Under the pieces are notes generated by a model that was given only the letters and a program-made list of their open reading frames with translations, made no database searches and was not told where the DNA came from. From the sequence record MN882349.1: a stretch of DNA of 64,000 nt. One strand, given 5' to 3'. The translations under genes and the position numbers were made by a program. This document shows, piece after piece, positions 17,654 to 26,271 of this stretch (positions are counted from its first letter, which is position 1; every line of letters starts with the position of its first letter). The DNA comes from Escherichia phage Ec_Makalu_003.

Positions 17654-19705
17654 TTACATTTTAAATTTATCCGGCATAGCGTCTACAGACACAAGATCAG
17701 CGATAAGCTGACGTAGAGTTGCCTTATCTGCTTTCTTACGTTCGGTTTTAGCTTCGGTAATGAAGCTGGAGAAAGACAGGTCAGAAGCAGGTTTAACAAC
17801 ACCTTCACGGATGAATGCATCACCGTCCGCGATCATCTCACCAGATTCTTGTAATGCTGCCAGTTCATTTTTGTTCATAATATGTGCCTCAATGTAATAA
17901 GTTTCTTGTGAATCCGTCGATGCCGTAGCACGAGTTACCGTATCAAAGGATAACACAACACCGCGAGGAAGTAAAATCTCGCATTCTTTGTAAGCAAATG
18001 CTTTGTTACCTACTGGCAATACAGGGATGTTTTCCGCGCCAGCAATGGAGAAAGCAACATTAGCGCCACCTTCACCGCGAGATCCAGCCATAGAATCAAC
18101 ACCAGCAACGGCACTAGCCACGTTTGCATTCCATCCACCAAAAATATTAGGTGCAAGGGAAGTGCTCACATAGTTTTTAAAGTAAAACGCTTTTTGCTTA
18201 CGTGCAGTTTCCCACATTTGAGAACGGAAGTCCATACCACGATACAAGATAGTACCTGGATCAAGTTTAACACCATAGTTAGCAAATGCGTTATCCAGTG
18301 CATCACACATCTTGACCAATTCTTCTGGGTCTGCGATGCCTTCAAACTCTTCCAGCTTACGGTCGGTTAGGAAGTTGTTCATATTGATGTATGCTGCATC
18401 CGCATATTCGCTCAACACAAAACCTTCCGCGCCAGGCAGATCAAGATCAATATCTGCCATCATTTCACCCATGTTGCTAGCAATTGCTTCAAACATACCG
18501 GAAGCAACATTACGCAGGGCATCGGTTTTAATCTGCGTGATGTGACTACGCAGCATTTCAGCTTTTACATCTGCTGGCATAGACTGGTCGACGCGATCCA
18601 TTGCCAGGGCGGTGATCTTGTTTTCGAATACTTCCTCGCTCATGATTTCTTTTAAGCGTTTGATTGATGCTGCGATAACTTCCGCAGACAACGGATCATA
18701 TTGATCCTGAACTTTTACCAGTTCGCTTACTGCATATTTTGCATCGGCTTCGCTTTCAAAAATAGTACGCATGAAACCATAGCGAGTGATAATATCACTT
18801 GTCCAGTCATTCAGAGAACGGGCGGTTGAACGTTCTAAGGCTTGACGGTCAATCAGAGTATTAAACTGTTTCTTAGGTTCTGCTTCGGTGATATCTTCTT
18901 CCGGTTTAAGATTAATTTTTTCTGGATGATTCACATAGTCGCTGTTATAGGTCGCTTGAGTTTTCAGCATTTCTTCTTTAGTCAAACGAGATTTAGCCGC
19001 TACGCGTTGTTCTGCTTCCGCGTTTCGTTCTTCTTCCGACACAAGACTAGCCGCATACGCCTCATCTTTAGTCAGAGATTCACCAGTAGCCTTAGATACC
19101 CAGCGATCACCTAAATCACTTTCTACTTTAGTGAACAGGGATTCATCGAGTTTAATCCCTTTAATCTTATCAATCGCCATCCCGCGACGTTTGACAACAA
19201 CTAAAGCGATCTTTTTGCTGGTCATTACTTCCTGCTGGAATACTTCAAACTTCGGTGTACGACGCACCAAACGCTCTATAACGCGCTTAACCAGTTCGGT
19301 CTTACCTTTCATGCGGGATACGTTAAAACGGAACATAACAGCGTCTAATTGCGCTTTACGGGCTGTTTCCATGACCACATCAAAAGCACTTGACATAACT
19401 GCAATCGGGTTATCTCCTAGACCATTTTTAAGCTGTACAATACGACCGCTTTTGTTCATTTCGCACAGTACAACATGTGCGGTCTTGTCACCCATACGAA
19501 TGATTTTAGGTGTTTTGTTGGTGAAGTTACAAAGACGGACAATCACATCTTTATCGCGTGTCTGTACTGCAAAAAGCTGTTTAGGATTCTGCTTAGGCTT
19601 TAAGCACTGTACCGGAGCAATACTGCCAAAGTTTTCTTCCTCTTCCGTCAACAGCCATTTCTCGAAAGATTCAATCATTAGATCGTCGATTTCTAAGTTA
19701 AACAT
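17654..19705 (-). CDS. alt: Alt ADP-ribosyltransferase
   Basis: 683 aa (T4 Alt is about 680), C-terminal ART motifs YRG, VSTS, ECE; position after gene 54. Confidence 0.85.
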   Translation of the reverse strand: MFNLEIDDLMIESFEKWLLTEEEENFGSIAPVQCLKPKQNPKQLFAVQTRDKDVIVRLCNFTNKTPKIIRMGDKTAHVVLCEMNKSGRIVQLKNGLGDNPIAVMSSAFDVVMETARKAQLDAVMFRFNVSRMKGKTELVKRVIERLVRRTPKFEVFQQEVMTSKKIALVVVKRRGMAIDKIKGIKLDESLFTKVESDLGDRWVSKATGESLTKDEAYAASLVSEEERNAEAEQRVAAKSRLTKEEMLKTQATYNSDYVNHPEKINLKPEEDITEAEPKKQFNTLIDRQALERSTARSLNDWTSDIITRYGFMRTIFESEADAKYAVSELVKVQDQYDPLSAEVIAASIKRLKEIMSEEVFENKITALAMDRVDQSMPADVKAEMLRSHITQIKTDALRNVASGMFEAIASNMGEMMADIDLDLPGAEGFVLSEYADAAYINMNNFLTDRKLEEFEGIADPEELVKMCDALDNAFANYGVKLDPGTILYRGMDFRSQMWETARKQKAFYFKNYVSTSLAPNIFGGWNANVASAVAGVDSMAGSRGEGGANVAFSIAGAENIPVLPVGNKAFAYKECEILLPRGVVLSFDTVTRATASTDSQETYYIEAHIMNKNELAALQESGEMIADGDAFIREGVVKPASDLSFSSFITEAKTERKKADKATLRQLIADLVSVDAMPDKFKM

Positions 19706-19772
19706 TTTATATCCTCTAGTTGATAACCTATAAACCTATATTTATGAAAAAGGGGCTTAACACCCCCATTTA

Positions 19773-19985
19773 TTATAATGCACCATCGAGCAATTGCTCT
19801 AAGGTGTATCCTGAATAGTCTTTTTCAATCAGGATATATTTTCCTACTCGTTTAATACAACCGCGCATTTCAACGTATTCTGCGTAGTTGATGGTGCGAG
19901 TTGTTCCATCTTCTAGTAAAGCAGTACCGATTTCGTTAATGCGGTCATAAGTTACGTCGGTAATGATGATTTCGATGTTAGCCAT
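19773..19985 (-). CDS. hypothetical protein (70 aa)
   Basis: ORF with AAGGAG RBS behind an early promoter cassette. Confidence 0.6.
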   Translation of the reverse strand: MANIEIIITDVTYDRINEIGTALLEDGTTRTINYAEYVEMRGCIKRVGKYILIEKDYSGYTLEQLLDGAL

Positions 19986-20021
19986 TTGATACTCCTTAGT
20001 AGTTCGTTTCGGTATGGGTGT

Positions 20022-20050
20022 ATTATGATATACACCCTCTGTTATGTCAA
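20022..20050 (-). promoter_or_regulatory. early promoter cassette (TTGACA-17-CATAAT)
   Basis: Minus strand -35/-10 with conserved leader ACCCATACCGAAACGAAC and GGAG RBS. Confidence 0.65.
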
Positions 20051-20056
20051 CAACTT

Positions 20057-20236
20057 TTAGAACATTTTTGAAATTAATTCTGCTTTGATTTCGCAGAGAA
20101 CATCTAAAGATTTCTCGTCACCCGCTTTTGCTGCTTCTGCTTGCATTTTTGAAATGGCTTCAATGTCAGTGCAATTATAAGCCGCTTGAACTTTAGCGAT
20201 TGCGATGATTGCCGATTCGATGGTTAAGTGTTTCAT
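20057..20236 (-). CDS. small hypothetical protein (59 aa)
   Basis: ATG with AGGAGAATCAA RBS behind a promoter cassette. Confidence 0.5.
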   Translation of the reverse strand: MKHLTIESAIIAIAKVQAAYNCTDIEAISKMQAEAAKAGDEKSLDVLCEIKAELISKMF

Positions 20237-20268
20237 GTTTGATTCTCCTTTCGTTTCGGTATGTGTGC

Positions 20269-20297
20269 AGTATAGGGGATCGCCGATCCCCTGTCAA
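20269..20297 (-). promoter_or_regulatory. early promoter cassette with palindromic spacer GGGGATCGCCGATCCCC
   Basis: TTGACA-17 bp palindrome-TATACT on minus strand. Confidence 0.7.
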
Positions 20298-20304
20298 CAA
20301 CTTT

Positions 20305-20823
20305 TTAGTTATTTTTTAATTGCTCATCTTGCAATAATGCAATCACATGCTGGCGATGTTCTTCCGATTGAGGAACACCGAAAAAGTTTGTTTTGTAGAA
20401 ATACTCTAATCGGTCTTCTCGTGTGCTCTCTTCCATCATGATCGCGGGTAGTCCAAGATTTCGGAAACGTCGCTTTTCTGCTGGCGTAAAATCACTGTAA
20501 TACAACATAGAATCATCATTACCAGCAATGCTAAACTCATCCTTCATAAAGGAGAATATTGCGTTTAAACGCTGTTTACCGTCCACGATTTCGATCTCAT
20601 AGCGAGAGCCATCATCAATCTTAGCCATTGCGATAGCACCAACCGGAAAATCATTAATCAGGTTTTCGATAAACATACGTTTGTTTTCGGTGTCCCATAC
20701 CAAAGGACGCTGATAATCTGGGTTCATGTTGATATAGCCATCTTCTAACCACGCCTCATAAACAGAGATGACAAAGTTTTTAGTATTGGTATAGTAACGG
20801 CGTTTAGGCGTTAAACGGTTCAT
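20305..20823 (-). CDS. DUF262 (ParB/Srx-fold, GmrSD N-terminal-like) protein
   Basis: DYQRPLVWD...EIVDGKQRLNAI resembles the DUF262 motif (DGQQR); ATG at 20823 with AGGAG RBS. Confidence 0.6.
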   Translation of the reverse strand: MNRLTPKRRYYTNTKNFVISVYEAWLEDGYINMNPDYQRPLVWDTENKRMFIENLINDFPVGAIAMAKIDDGSRYEIEIVDGKQRLNAIFSFMKDEFSIAGNDDSMLYYSDFTPAEKRRFRNLGLPAIMMEESTREDRLEYFYKTNFFGVPQSEEHRQHVIALLQDEQLKNN

Positions 20824-20824
20824 G

Positions 20825-21157
20825 TTATAGTCTCCTGAATGGATCATCACGTAAATCAATATCTTTTAAGAACTCATCCCATGAATGGCGGATAATGTTC
20901 TTAATTCTCCAGATAAGCGCAGGGATTGAACGCTCTCCCATCTGGAAGTAAGGATCATATGATCCATATGCCCAATATGCTACTACAATTCCACAATCGG
21001 CGCAATAATATTCTATTTCACTTGCTGGCGACCAAAGTCCATCAATATGATCACGGATCTTGCTTTCGATGTTATGGCTATGGCAATCAGGGCAACGGAT
21101 GCAATGACCTTGTTTATCGTAATTTGACGTTAGCGAATACTTAAACAATCTCATCAT
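20825..21157 (-). CDS. Cys/His-rich zinc-finger protein, possible HNH-like nuclease
   Basis: CIRCPDCHSHN...RDHIDG...CADCG: two CxxC pairs flanking His/Asp residues. Confidence 0.45.
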   Translation of the reverse strand: MMRLFKYSLTSNYDKQGHCIRCPDCHSHNIESKIRDHIDGLWSPASEIEYYCADCGIVVAYWAYGSYDPYFQMGERSIPALIWRIKNIIRHSWDEFLKDIDLRDDPFRRL

Positions 21158-21870
21158 AGATCCTTATTGGCTTCAAATACTGCCTTTGCGAATCCTCGCG
21201 GGGTAAGTGACCTGATAGTCTTTGTTCTGGTTCCTTTCCCGCCTAGCTTAGAATGCTGTTTACTGTACCCTTTATTAATCTGCAACGGTTTCTTTTCTGG
21301 CATTATAAAGCCTTGTCCGGTCCATAAGCAAGTCTTTTTCGGGTACATATCACGGGCGGCAATATACTCAGGAAACGTAGGATGCTTATCATCTTCCGGC
21401 AAATAACCGCCATATTCCCACGGATGGAACATGTAATCAGGCTTACGCCACATGCTAGAGATAACGCTTACAGGATTCTCTATCATGTAGGGAACTCCTA
21501 GCCATTCACCCAAATAAGCGGTTATTTTAGCTGCCCTTACATCATGAACTTGAATTAATGGTCCTTGTTCTCGTTTCTTTCGTTCAAAGTGCGCAGCGCC
21601 ACTAACAGCTAAATTGGTGCATGGTGGGAATGCAAAGATAATATCCGGTTTCCCCCATTCAAGGTCCATTGCTCTTTCCAGCCAATTTAAATCAATCCAT
21701 GTGTTTACATATGTAATGTTTGGATGTTCAAATCTGGTATTATATTTTTTGTATGTACCGTGGTCGCCATCGTCAGCATTAAAGCAGATCACCTTATGAC
21801 CTGCTTTAGCCCATTCTAACCCCATTATCCCCGATCCGTCAAAGTTGCAGAATATTAATTTTTGTTTCAT
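21154..21870 (-). CDS. DNA (cytosine-5)-methyltransferase-like protein (compact, 238 aa)
   Basis: Motif I-like LIFCNFDGSGIMG, motif IV-like FAFPPCTNLAVSG (PC catalytic dipeptide), motif VI-like MIENP, C-terminal FAKAVF. Confidence 0.55.
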   Translation of the reverse strand: MKQKLIFCNFDGSGIMGLEWAKAGHKVICFNADDGDHGTYKKYNTRFEHPNITYVNTWIDLNWLERAMDLEWGKPDIIFAFPPCTNLAVSGAAHFERKKREQGPLIQVHDVRAAKITAYLGEWLGVPYMIENPVSVISSMWRKPDYMFHPWEYGGYLPEDDKHPTFPEYIAARDMYPKKTCLWTGQGFIMPEKKPLQINKGYSKQHSKLGGKGTRTKTIRSLTPRGFAKAVFEANKDL

Positions 21871-22112
21871 ATACGCCCCTTTAACCCAACACAGATTTTA
21901 GAAGGTTCTTTGCCGTGCCACATTAAGTAAATTCCGTTAATGCGTCCTTGTTTTGTATATGATTCTTTTCTGATCTTCTTATAGTGTCGTGCTTCCTCAG
22001 CCGATTGTTTAGAATGTCGATCATAAAGGAAGAGGAACAAAGGCCAACCATTAGCGGCCTTAATGCAGTTATTCAAAAATTCCTTATTTCGTTTAATTAA
22101 TTTTCTTTTCAC
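21867..22112 (-). CDS. hypothetical basic protein (81 aa)
   Basis: GTG start overlapping the upstream stop; lysine/arginine rich. Confidence 0.45.
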   Translation of the reverse strand: MKRKLIKRNKEFLNNCIKAANGWPLFLFLYDRHSKQSAEEARHYKKIRKESYTKQGRINGIYLMWHGKEPSKICVGLKGRI

Positions 22113-22360
22113 GCTGCCCCCATTGGTTTGATAGTAACAGAATCTAAAAGACCTTTGTTAGCCAGTTCGCGGCAAGTTTTCAGATCCGCAACTTCCCAGC
22201 CAGCCGCAATAAGGTTATCAATGAGGCTGTTAGCAACTTCTTCGCTCATGAAAGAGCACTGTTTGCCGATGGTGTAGCGTACACGCTGTAATTTCAGTTT
22301 ACGGAAGCCTTTAACGTTCAGGTCTTTAGCGATTTTCTTTGCGGTTTCGATGTTAGCCAT
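22109..22360 (-). CDS. hypothetical protein (83 aa)
   Basis: First gene behind the promoter cassette at 22401-22429. Confidence 0.6.
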   Translation of the reverse strand: MANIETAKKIAKDLNVKGFRKLKLQRVRYTIGKQCSFMSEEVANSLIDNLIAAGWEVADLKTCRELANKGLLDSVTIKPMGAA

Positions 22361-22400
22361 TGTTTGATTCTCCTAAGTGGTATCTCGTCTTGATGGTTGT

Positions 22401-22429
22401 ATTGTAGGGGAGTTATCCTCCCCTGTCAA
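22401..22429 (-). promoter_or_regulatory. early promoter cassette with palindromic spacer GGGGAGGATAACTCCCC
   Basis: TTGACA-17-TACAAT on minus strand. Confidence 0.65.
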
Positions 22430-22443
22430 CACTTTTTATAAAA

Positions 22444-22611
22444 TTATTTGTTAATTTCTGGTGCGTTGCTAGGATAGTAACCTTCTTTAACTCCGAGGTA
22501 TTTTGCAACCATCCCTACAATCTTCTGTGCTACTACAATGTCAAATTTCAGATAATCTTCGCCGTGGGTTTCAATGATATATGCTTCACATGCTGCTTTA
22601 GTCTCGAACAT
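22444..22611 (-). CDS. small hypothetical protein (55 aa), copy 1 of a duplicated gene
   Basis: MFETKAACEAYIIETHGEDYLKFDIVVAQK..., about 87 percent aa identity to 25726-25893. Confidence 0.6.
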   Translation of the reverse strand: MFETKAACEAYIIETHGEDYLKFDIVVAQKIVGMVAKYLGVKEGYYPSNAPEINK

Positions 22612-22644
22612 TTTGATTCTCCTATTTCGTTTCGGTATGTGTGT

Positions 22645-22673
22645 ATTATAGGGGATCTCCCGATCCCCGTCAA
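22645..22673 (-). promoter_or_regulatory. early promoter cassette (TTGACG, GGGGATC-containing spacer, TATAAT)
   Basis: Same cassette type as 20269-20297. Confidence 0.65.
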
Positions 22674-22687
22674 CAACTTTTTTAAAA

Positions 22688-22969
22688 TTATTCGTGATTA
22701 GTTTCGATATTGTGCATTTTGCACCAGTTCAGCCAATCGCCAAGATCTTGATAGTTGATGCTTTTATCTGCTGCCATCGTTTTTGTCTTGATACCCATAT
22801 GTGCGTTATGAGTAAGCATTTTTACAGTGAACTCAATTTTATCGCCTTTAGCTTTAACATCAACCAGTTTGGTCCACTGGCTACCAGCACCGCGAATGTT
22901 CATACCAACGATGTTTCCGATGTATGCTTCTTTGTTGTTCAGGATTTCGGTTGCTTTGATGAATTTCAT
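22688..22969 (-). CDS. hypothetical protein (93 aa)
   Basis: ORF with RBS behind promoter cassette. Confidence 0.6.
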   Translation of the reverse strand: MKFIKATEILNNKEAYIGNIVGMNIRGAGSQWTKLVDVKAKGDKIEFTVKMLTHNAHMGIKTKTMAADKSINYQDLGDWLNWCKMHNIETNHE

Positions 22970-23002
22970 TTTTGATTCTCCAGTTCGTTTCGGTATGGGT
23001 GT

Positions 23003-23031
23003 ATTATGCTATGTTCTTACTTTGGTGTCAA
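23003..23031 (-). promoter_or_regulatory. early promoter cassette (TTGACA-17-CATAAT)
   Basis: Minus-strand consensus elements plus conserved leader. Confidence 0.65.
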
Positions 23032-23039
23032 CAACTTTT

Positions 23040-23309
23040 TTAGATATTTTCAGAAATAAATTTTAAAACTTGACGTAAATGTTTCTCATCTTTGATAGTC
23101 GCCGGAAGTTCTTCTTTTACTTCCTGTGCAAGATAGATATTTCCGTTCCAAGTGAAAGACCCGTCTTCGTTTACGCGATAGCTGAACATCCATTCGCAAT
23201 CATTTTCGATTTCATATACACACAGAAGGGTGTAATCTTCAAAGCTATTGATTTCAAGGTCGAAGCCGTGGCGTTTTGCAAAGTTGGTAGTGGTTTTAGT
23301 CAGTGCCAT
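23040..23309 (-). CDS. hypothetical protein (89 aa)
   Basis: ORF with GGAGAATCAA RBS. Confidence 0.6.
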   Translation of the reverse strand: MALTKTTTNFAKRHGFDLEINSFEDYTLLCVYEIENDCEWMFSYRVNEDGSFTWNGNIYLAQEVKEELPATIKDEKHLRQVLKFISENI

Positions 23310-23349
23310 TGTTTGATTCTCCTAAGTGGTATCTCGTTTCGATGGGTGT

Positions 23350-23378
23350 ATTATGCTATAGGCGTGATCAGGTGTCAA
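23350..23378 (-). promoter_or_regulatory. early promoter cassette (TTGACA-17-CATAAT)
   Basis: Minus-strand consensus elements. Confidence 0.65.
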
Positions 23379-23435
23379 TGCCTTTTTTAAAATTTTATGC
23401 AATAAAAAAGCCGACACTAAGGTCGGCTAATAAAA

Positions 23436-23744
23436 TCATTTAGACAAATAATCATTCAGTGCAATCCGGTCGGCATGTTCCGGCGTTACATCAATCGCAA
23501 TCACTTTAACGCGTGCTTTCTTGCGACCTGGGTTTTCTCGTAACCAGTGCTCATGACCGTGAACATTTTTATACTGCGATGCTTCTTCGAAGGTACGGAT
23601 CGGACCAGGGTAATCAGCGTAAAGGATCTCTAGGTCATCGGTGATGTAAAAATATACGTTGTAATTACTGTTCTCTAGCTTAAGCAGAGACTTTCGGAAC
23701 ATTGGGAGATTTTCGCGGGTAAATTCAAAAGTAATATCTTTCAT
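23436..23744 (-). CDS. small protein, member 1 of HxHW paralog family
   Basis: Start at MKDITFEF with GAGGA RBS; motifs VYFYITDD...HGHEHW...VIAIDV. Confidence 0.6.
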   Translation of the reverse strand: MKDITFEFTRENLPMFRKSLLKLENSNYNVYFYITDDLEILYADYPGPIRTFEEASQYKNVHGHEHWLRENPGRKKARVKVIAIDVTPEHADRIALNDYLSK

Positions 23745-23793
23745 AGTATTATCCTCAATAGTTGGATGAAAAGGGGGCTTAACGCCCCATATA

Positions 23794-24081
23794 TTAAAAC
23801 AGTCCTTCCTGTACACCGTAGTAGAGTTCGTCGCTGATAATTTCATTAATGCGACGGTGTGCATATTCCTGATTTGCGAAGTTGTCAGCAAGTTCTACTT
23901 TAGTTTCACCGTCATGAGTCCATTTAGTGATAACTTTACCATCTGCAAATTTGAAGTTGAACTCTTTAGCTACTGCATCGCGTACCAGACGTGCGAACTT
24001 GTTGTTACGGATTGCATTATCGGTTTCGTGTGCAGCGTGAGCAAATTTGTTAACTTTCAGAGTGATAGTGATGTATGCCAT
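23794..24081 (-). CDS. hypothetical protein (95 aa)
   Basis: ORF with AGGAGAATCAA RBS behind promoter cassette. Confidence 0.6.
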   Translation of the reverse strand: MAYITITLKVNKFAHAAHETDNAIRNNKFARLVRDAVAKEFNFKFADGKVITKWTHDGETKVELADNFANQEYAHRRINEIISDELYYGVQEGLF

Positions 24082-24127
24082 AATTTGATTCTCCTAGTTA
24101 GAAAGTGTATCTCGTTTCGATGGGTGT

Positions 24128-24156
24128 ATTATGCTATACACCCGATCTTATGTCAA
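24128..24156 (-). promoter_or_regulatory. early promoter cassette (TTGACA-17-CATAAT)
   Basis: Minus-strand consensus elements. Confidence 0.65.
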
Positions 24157-24163
24157 CACTTTT

Positions 24164-24442
24164 TTATAAAATAATTTTTTGATATTTTTCTATGATGTTT
24201 GTGTAATCCACATCAACCGCTATCACCGTTGCTTCGAATCCACCGTTTAGCCAATGGCTATGGTCATGATCGTGAAAGAAACCAAGACCAGTACGAAGAC
24301 CTTCTTTATATTCGGCGCGTACATTTAGATCATCATCGATAAACAGATAAAACCATGAATTTTTACTAGGATTGATGATACAACCTTTCAGATTAGGGAG
24401 AATATCACGACTAAGAATAAACTTATCACCTACTTTGAACAT
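24164..24442 (-). CDS. small protein, member 2 of HxHW paralog family
   Basis: Start MFKVGDKF with GAGGA RBS; motifs FYLFIDDD...HDHSHW...VIAVDV. Confidence 0.6.
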   Translation of the reverse strand: MFKVGDKFILSRDILPNLKGCIINPSKNSWFYLFIDDDLNVRAEYKEGLRTGLGFFHDHDHSHWLNGGFEATVIAVDVDYTNIIEKYQKIIL

Positions 24443-24446
24443 AATA

Positions 24447-24767
24447 TTAGTCCTCACTTATAAGGTCAAACCAATTGTTTTTCGCATAATGCTTAATGCG
24501 TGCTTGATCTGCTTCCGCTGGTGATAGATTCCATGCAACCACTACAACTTCTGACGCGTCGTCATCCGTTTCTGATACCCAATGATTGTGATTCATACAG
24601 TTATTTGCGATCGAGTGAGCAAATGATTTCATCACTGGAGACGTATAATCATAGTAACGGATTTTCAGATTTTCATCAACATACAAGTAGATCGTATAAG
24701 GTTTATATTCAGTAACCAGTAACAGACAGTTACGCAATTCTGGGAAAATCTTTTTAGTTAATTTCAT
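24447..24767 (-). CDS. small protein, member 3 of HxHW paralog family
   Basis: Start MKLTKKIF with GAGGAT RBS; motifs IYLYVDEN...NHNHW...VVVVAWN. Confidence 0.55.
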   Translation of the reverse strand: MKLTKKIFPELRNCLLLVTEYKPYTIYLYVDENLKIRYYDYTSPVMKSFAHSIANNCMNHNHWVSETDDDASEVVVVAWNLSPAEADQARIKHYAKNNWFDLISED

Positions 24768-24768
24768 T

Positions 24769-24987
24769 TTATAATCCTCGGTCGCGGCTATAGTACACGG
24801 TACGCCATACAATTTCATGTTTCGTGTCGCTCCAGCACACGATCTCATTTACTCTTAAATCTTTGTTATCAACAAAAGATGAACATTGTGACGCTTCTTT
24901 CATCATTTTATCTGCTGTTTTCTCATCAAATACAGCACAGATTTCTTTATACACTCGATAATCTTTGAATTGACTCTGGATACCCAT
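24769..24987 (-). CDS. small hypothetical protein, tandem paralog of 24947-25204
   Basis: SQFKDYRVYKEICAVFDEKTADKMMKEASQC versus SKFKDYKAYQQILRVYDAEFAEKMMEDASKC. Confidence 0.5.
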   Translation of the reverse strand: MGIQSQFKDYRVYKEICAVFDEKTADKMMKEASQCSSFVDNKDLRVNEIVCWSDTKHEIVWRTVYYSRDRGL

Positions 24988-25204
24988 AATTAACACCATT
25001 CCAACCAATTGTTTTTGAGAAAACGTTTATCCACTGTTGAGTGTAGCATGTTTCTTTCCATGATACAATACGAGTAGAATAATGGTTTTTGTTTCCAGAA
25101 AAGGACGGGCATTTTGATGCATCTTCCATCATCTTTTCGGCGAACTCCGCGTCATATACCCGCAGGATCTGTTGATATGCTTTATAATCTTTAAATTTGC
25201 TCAT
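24947..25204 (-). CDS. small hypothetical protein, tandem paralog of 24769-24987
   Basis: 85 aa ORF; 3' end overlaps the start of its paralog. Confidence 0.5.
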   Translation of the reverse strand: MSKFKDYKAYQQILRVYDAEFAEKMMEDASKCPSFSGNKNHYSTRIVSWKETCYTQQWINVFSKTIGWNGVNYGYPESIQRLSSV

Positions 25205-25469
25205 AATTGTTAACTACCTTATCAGCTTCTTTTATTGTTTTTACATCAACTGCGATAATCCGTAAAGGTTCGTCGAAGGTCCACCAGTGGTCATGAATAT
25301 CAGCTTGTGATTTATCACCAAAGGAATCACGAATATCATTTTTACATTTATAGCTAATATGGCCTTCATAGTCAACATAAAGGTAATTATCGAAAATCGG
25401 AGTTTTTAAGATCATACCGAAAAATCTTTCTTTGTGTGTCTTATCAAGTGTTGCAGTAATTCGCATCAT
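25191..25469 (-). CDS. small protein, member 4 of HxHW paralog family
   Basis: AAGAGGA RBS; motifs YLYVDYEG...IHDHWW...IIAVDV. Confidence 0.6.
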   Translation of the reverse strand: MMRITATLDKTHKERFFGMILKTPIFDNYLYVDYEGHISYKCKNDIRDSFGDKSQADIHDHWWTFDEPLRIIAVDVKTIKEADKVVNNYEQI

Positions 25470-25481
25470 AATATATTCCTC

Positions 25482-25661
25482 TTAGAAAGGGATGGTCATT
25501 TCTTGAGCTTGTACATTCTCGTTAGGATTAAACTTCATCCAACCGATATTGTCTACCAGCATATGTACATTTTTATCATATCCTACGTGAGTAGTCAACA
25601 CTAAATGTGCTTTACCTTCAACGATGATTTCCATGTACTTCTGAACTTCGATAGCTTTCAT
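25482..25661 (-). CDS. small hypothetical protein (59 aa)
   Basis: ATG with GGAGAATCAA RBS behind promoter cassette 25694-25722. Confidence 0.5.
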   Translation of the reverse strand: MKAIEVQKYMEIIVEGKAHLVLTTHVGYDKNVHMLVDNIGWMKFNPNENVQAQEMTIPF

Positions 25662-25693
25662 TTTGATTCTCCGTTTGTTGTCTTGATGGGAGT

Positions 25694-25722
25694 ATCTTAC
25701 TACTCCCTTTAATCATTGTCAA
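25694..25722 (-). promoter_or_regulatory. early promoter cassette (TTGACA-17-TAAGAT)
   Basis: Minus-strand elements; spacer contains GGGAGTAG...ACTCCC-like palindrome. Confidence 0.6.
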
Positions 25723-25725
25723 CTA

Positions 25726-25893
25726 TTATTTGTTAATTTCTGGTGCGTTGCTCGGATAGTAACCTTCTTTAACACCCAGATATTTTGCAACCATTCCGGT
25801 GATCTTCTGTGCTACTACGATATCGAATTTCAGGTAGTCTTCACCGTGGTTTGCTACAATGTATGCTTCGCATTCTGCTTTAGTCTGGAACAT
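25726..25893 (-). CDS. small hypothetical protein (55 aa), copy 2 of a duplicated gene
   Basis: MFQTKAECEAYIVANHGEDYLKFDIVVAQK...; about 85 percent nt identity with 22444-22611. Confidence 0.6.
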   Translation of the reverse strand: MFQTKAECEAYIVANHGEDYLKFDIVVAQKITGMVAKYLGVKEGYYPSNAPEINK

Positions 25894-25927
25894 TTTTGAT
25901 TCTCCTATATCTCGTTGGTATGTGTGC

Positions 25928-25956
25928 ATTATAGGGGATCACCGATCCCCTGTCAA
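25928..25956 (-). promoter_or_regulatory. early promoter cassette with palindromic spacer GGGGATCACCGATCCCC
   Basis: TTGACA-17-TATAAT on minus strand. Confidence 0.7.
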
Positions 25957-25961
25957 CAACT

Positions 25962-26255
25962 TTATAATGCTTTATACGCGTATTTCATAAATTTGTCTGC
26001 CACTTCATTGGCATGTTCAGATTCTACGCCTGATTCGAGAACAATAGCTAGGTCGGTTTCGTCATTCCCGCCGTACCAATGATTTGATGTTCGATTTTTT
26101 TCAATTGGAAATTGGTCACTTTTATCTGTGCGACAAAATACATCTAAATGCTCGTCGATGTAAAAGATCCAATCTTCATAAAGAATAACGGTATTAGCAA
26201 GATTTTTATTGCCTTCAACGAAAGGTTCCGCGACAAATAGCTTAGTTTGTTCCAT
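25962..26255 (-). CDS. small protein, member 5 of HxHW paralog family (divergent)
   Basis: Start MEQTKLF with GAGGAA RBS; motifs IFYIDEHLD...SNHWYG...AIVLESGV. Confidence 0.5.
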   Translation of the reverse strand: MEQTKLFVAEPFVEGNKNLANTVILYEDWIFYIDEHLDVFCRTDKSDQFPIEKNRTSNHWYGGNDETDLAIVLESGVESEHANEVADKFMKYAYKAL

Positions 26256-26271
26256 AGTAATTTCCTCAAAA

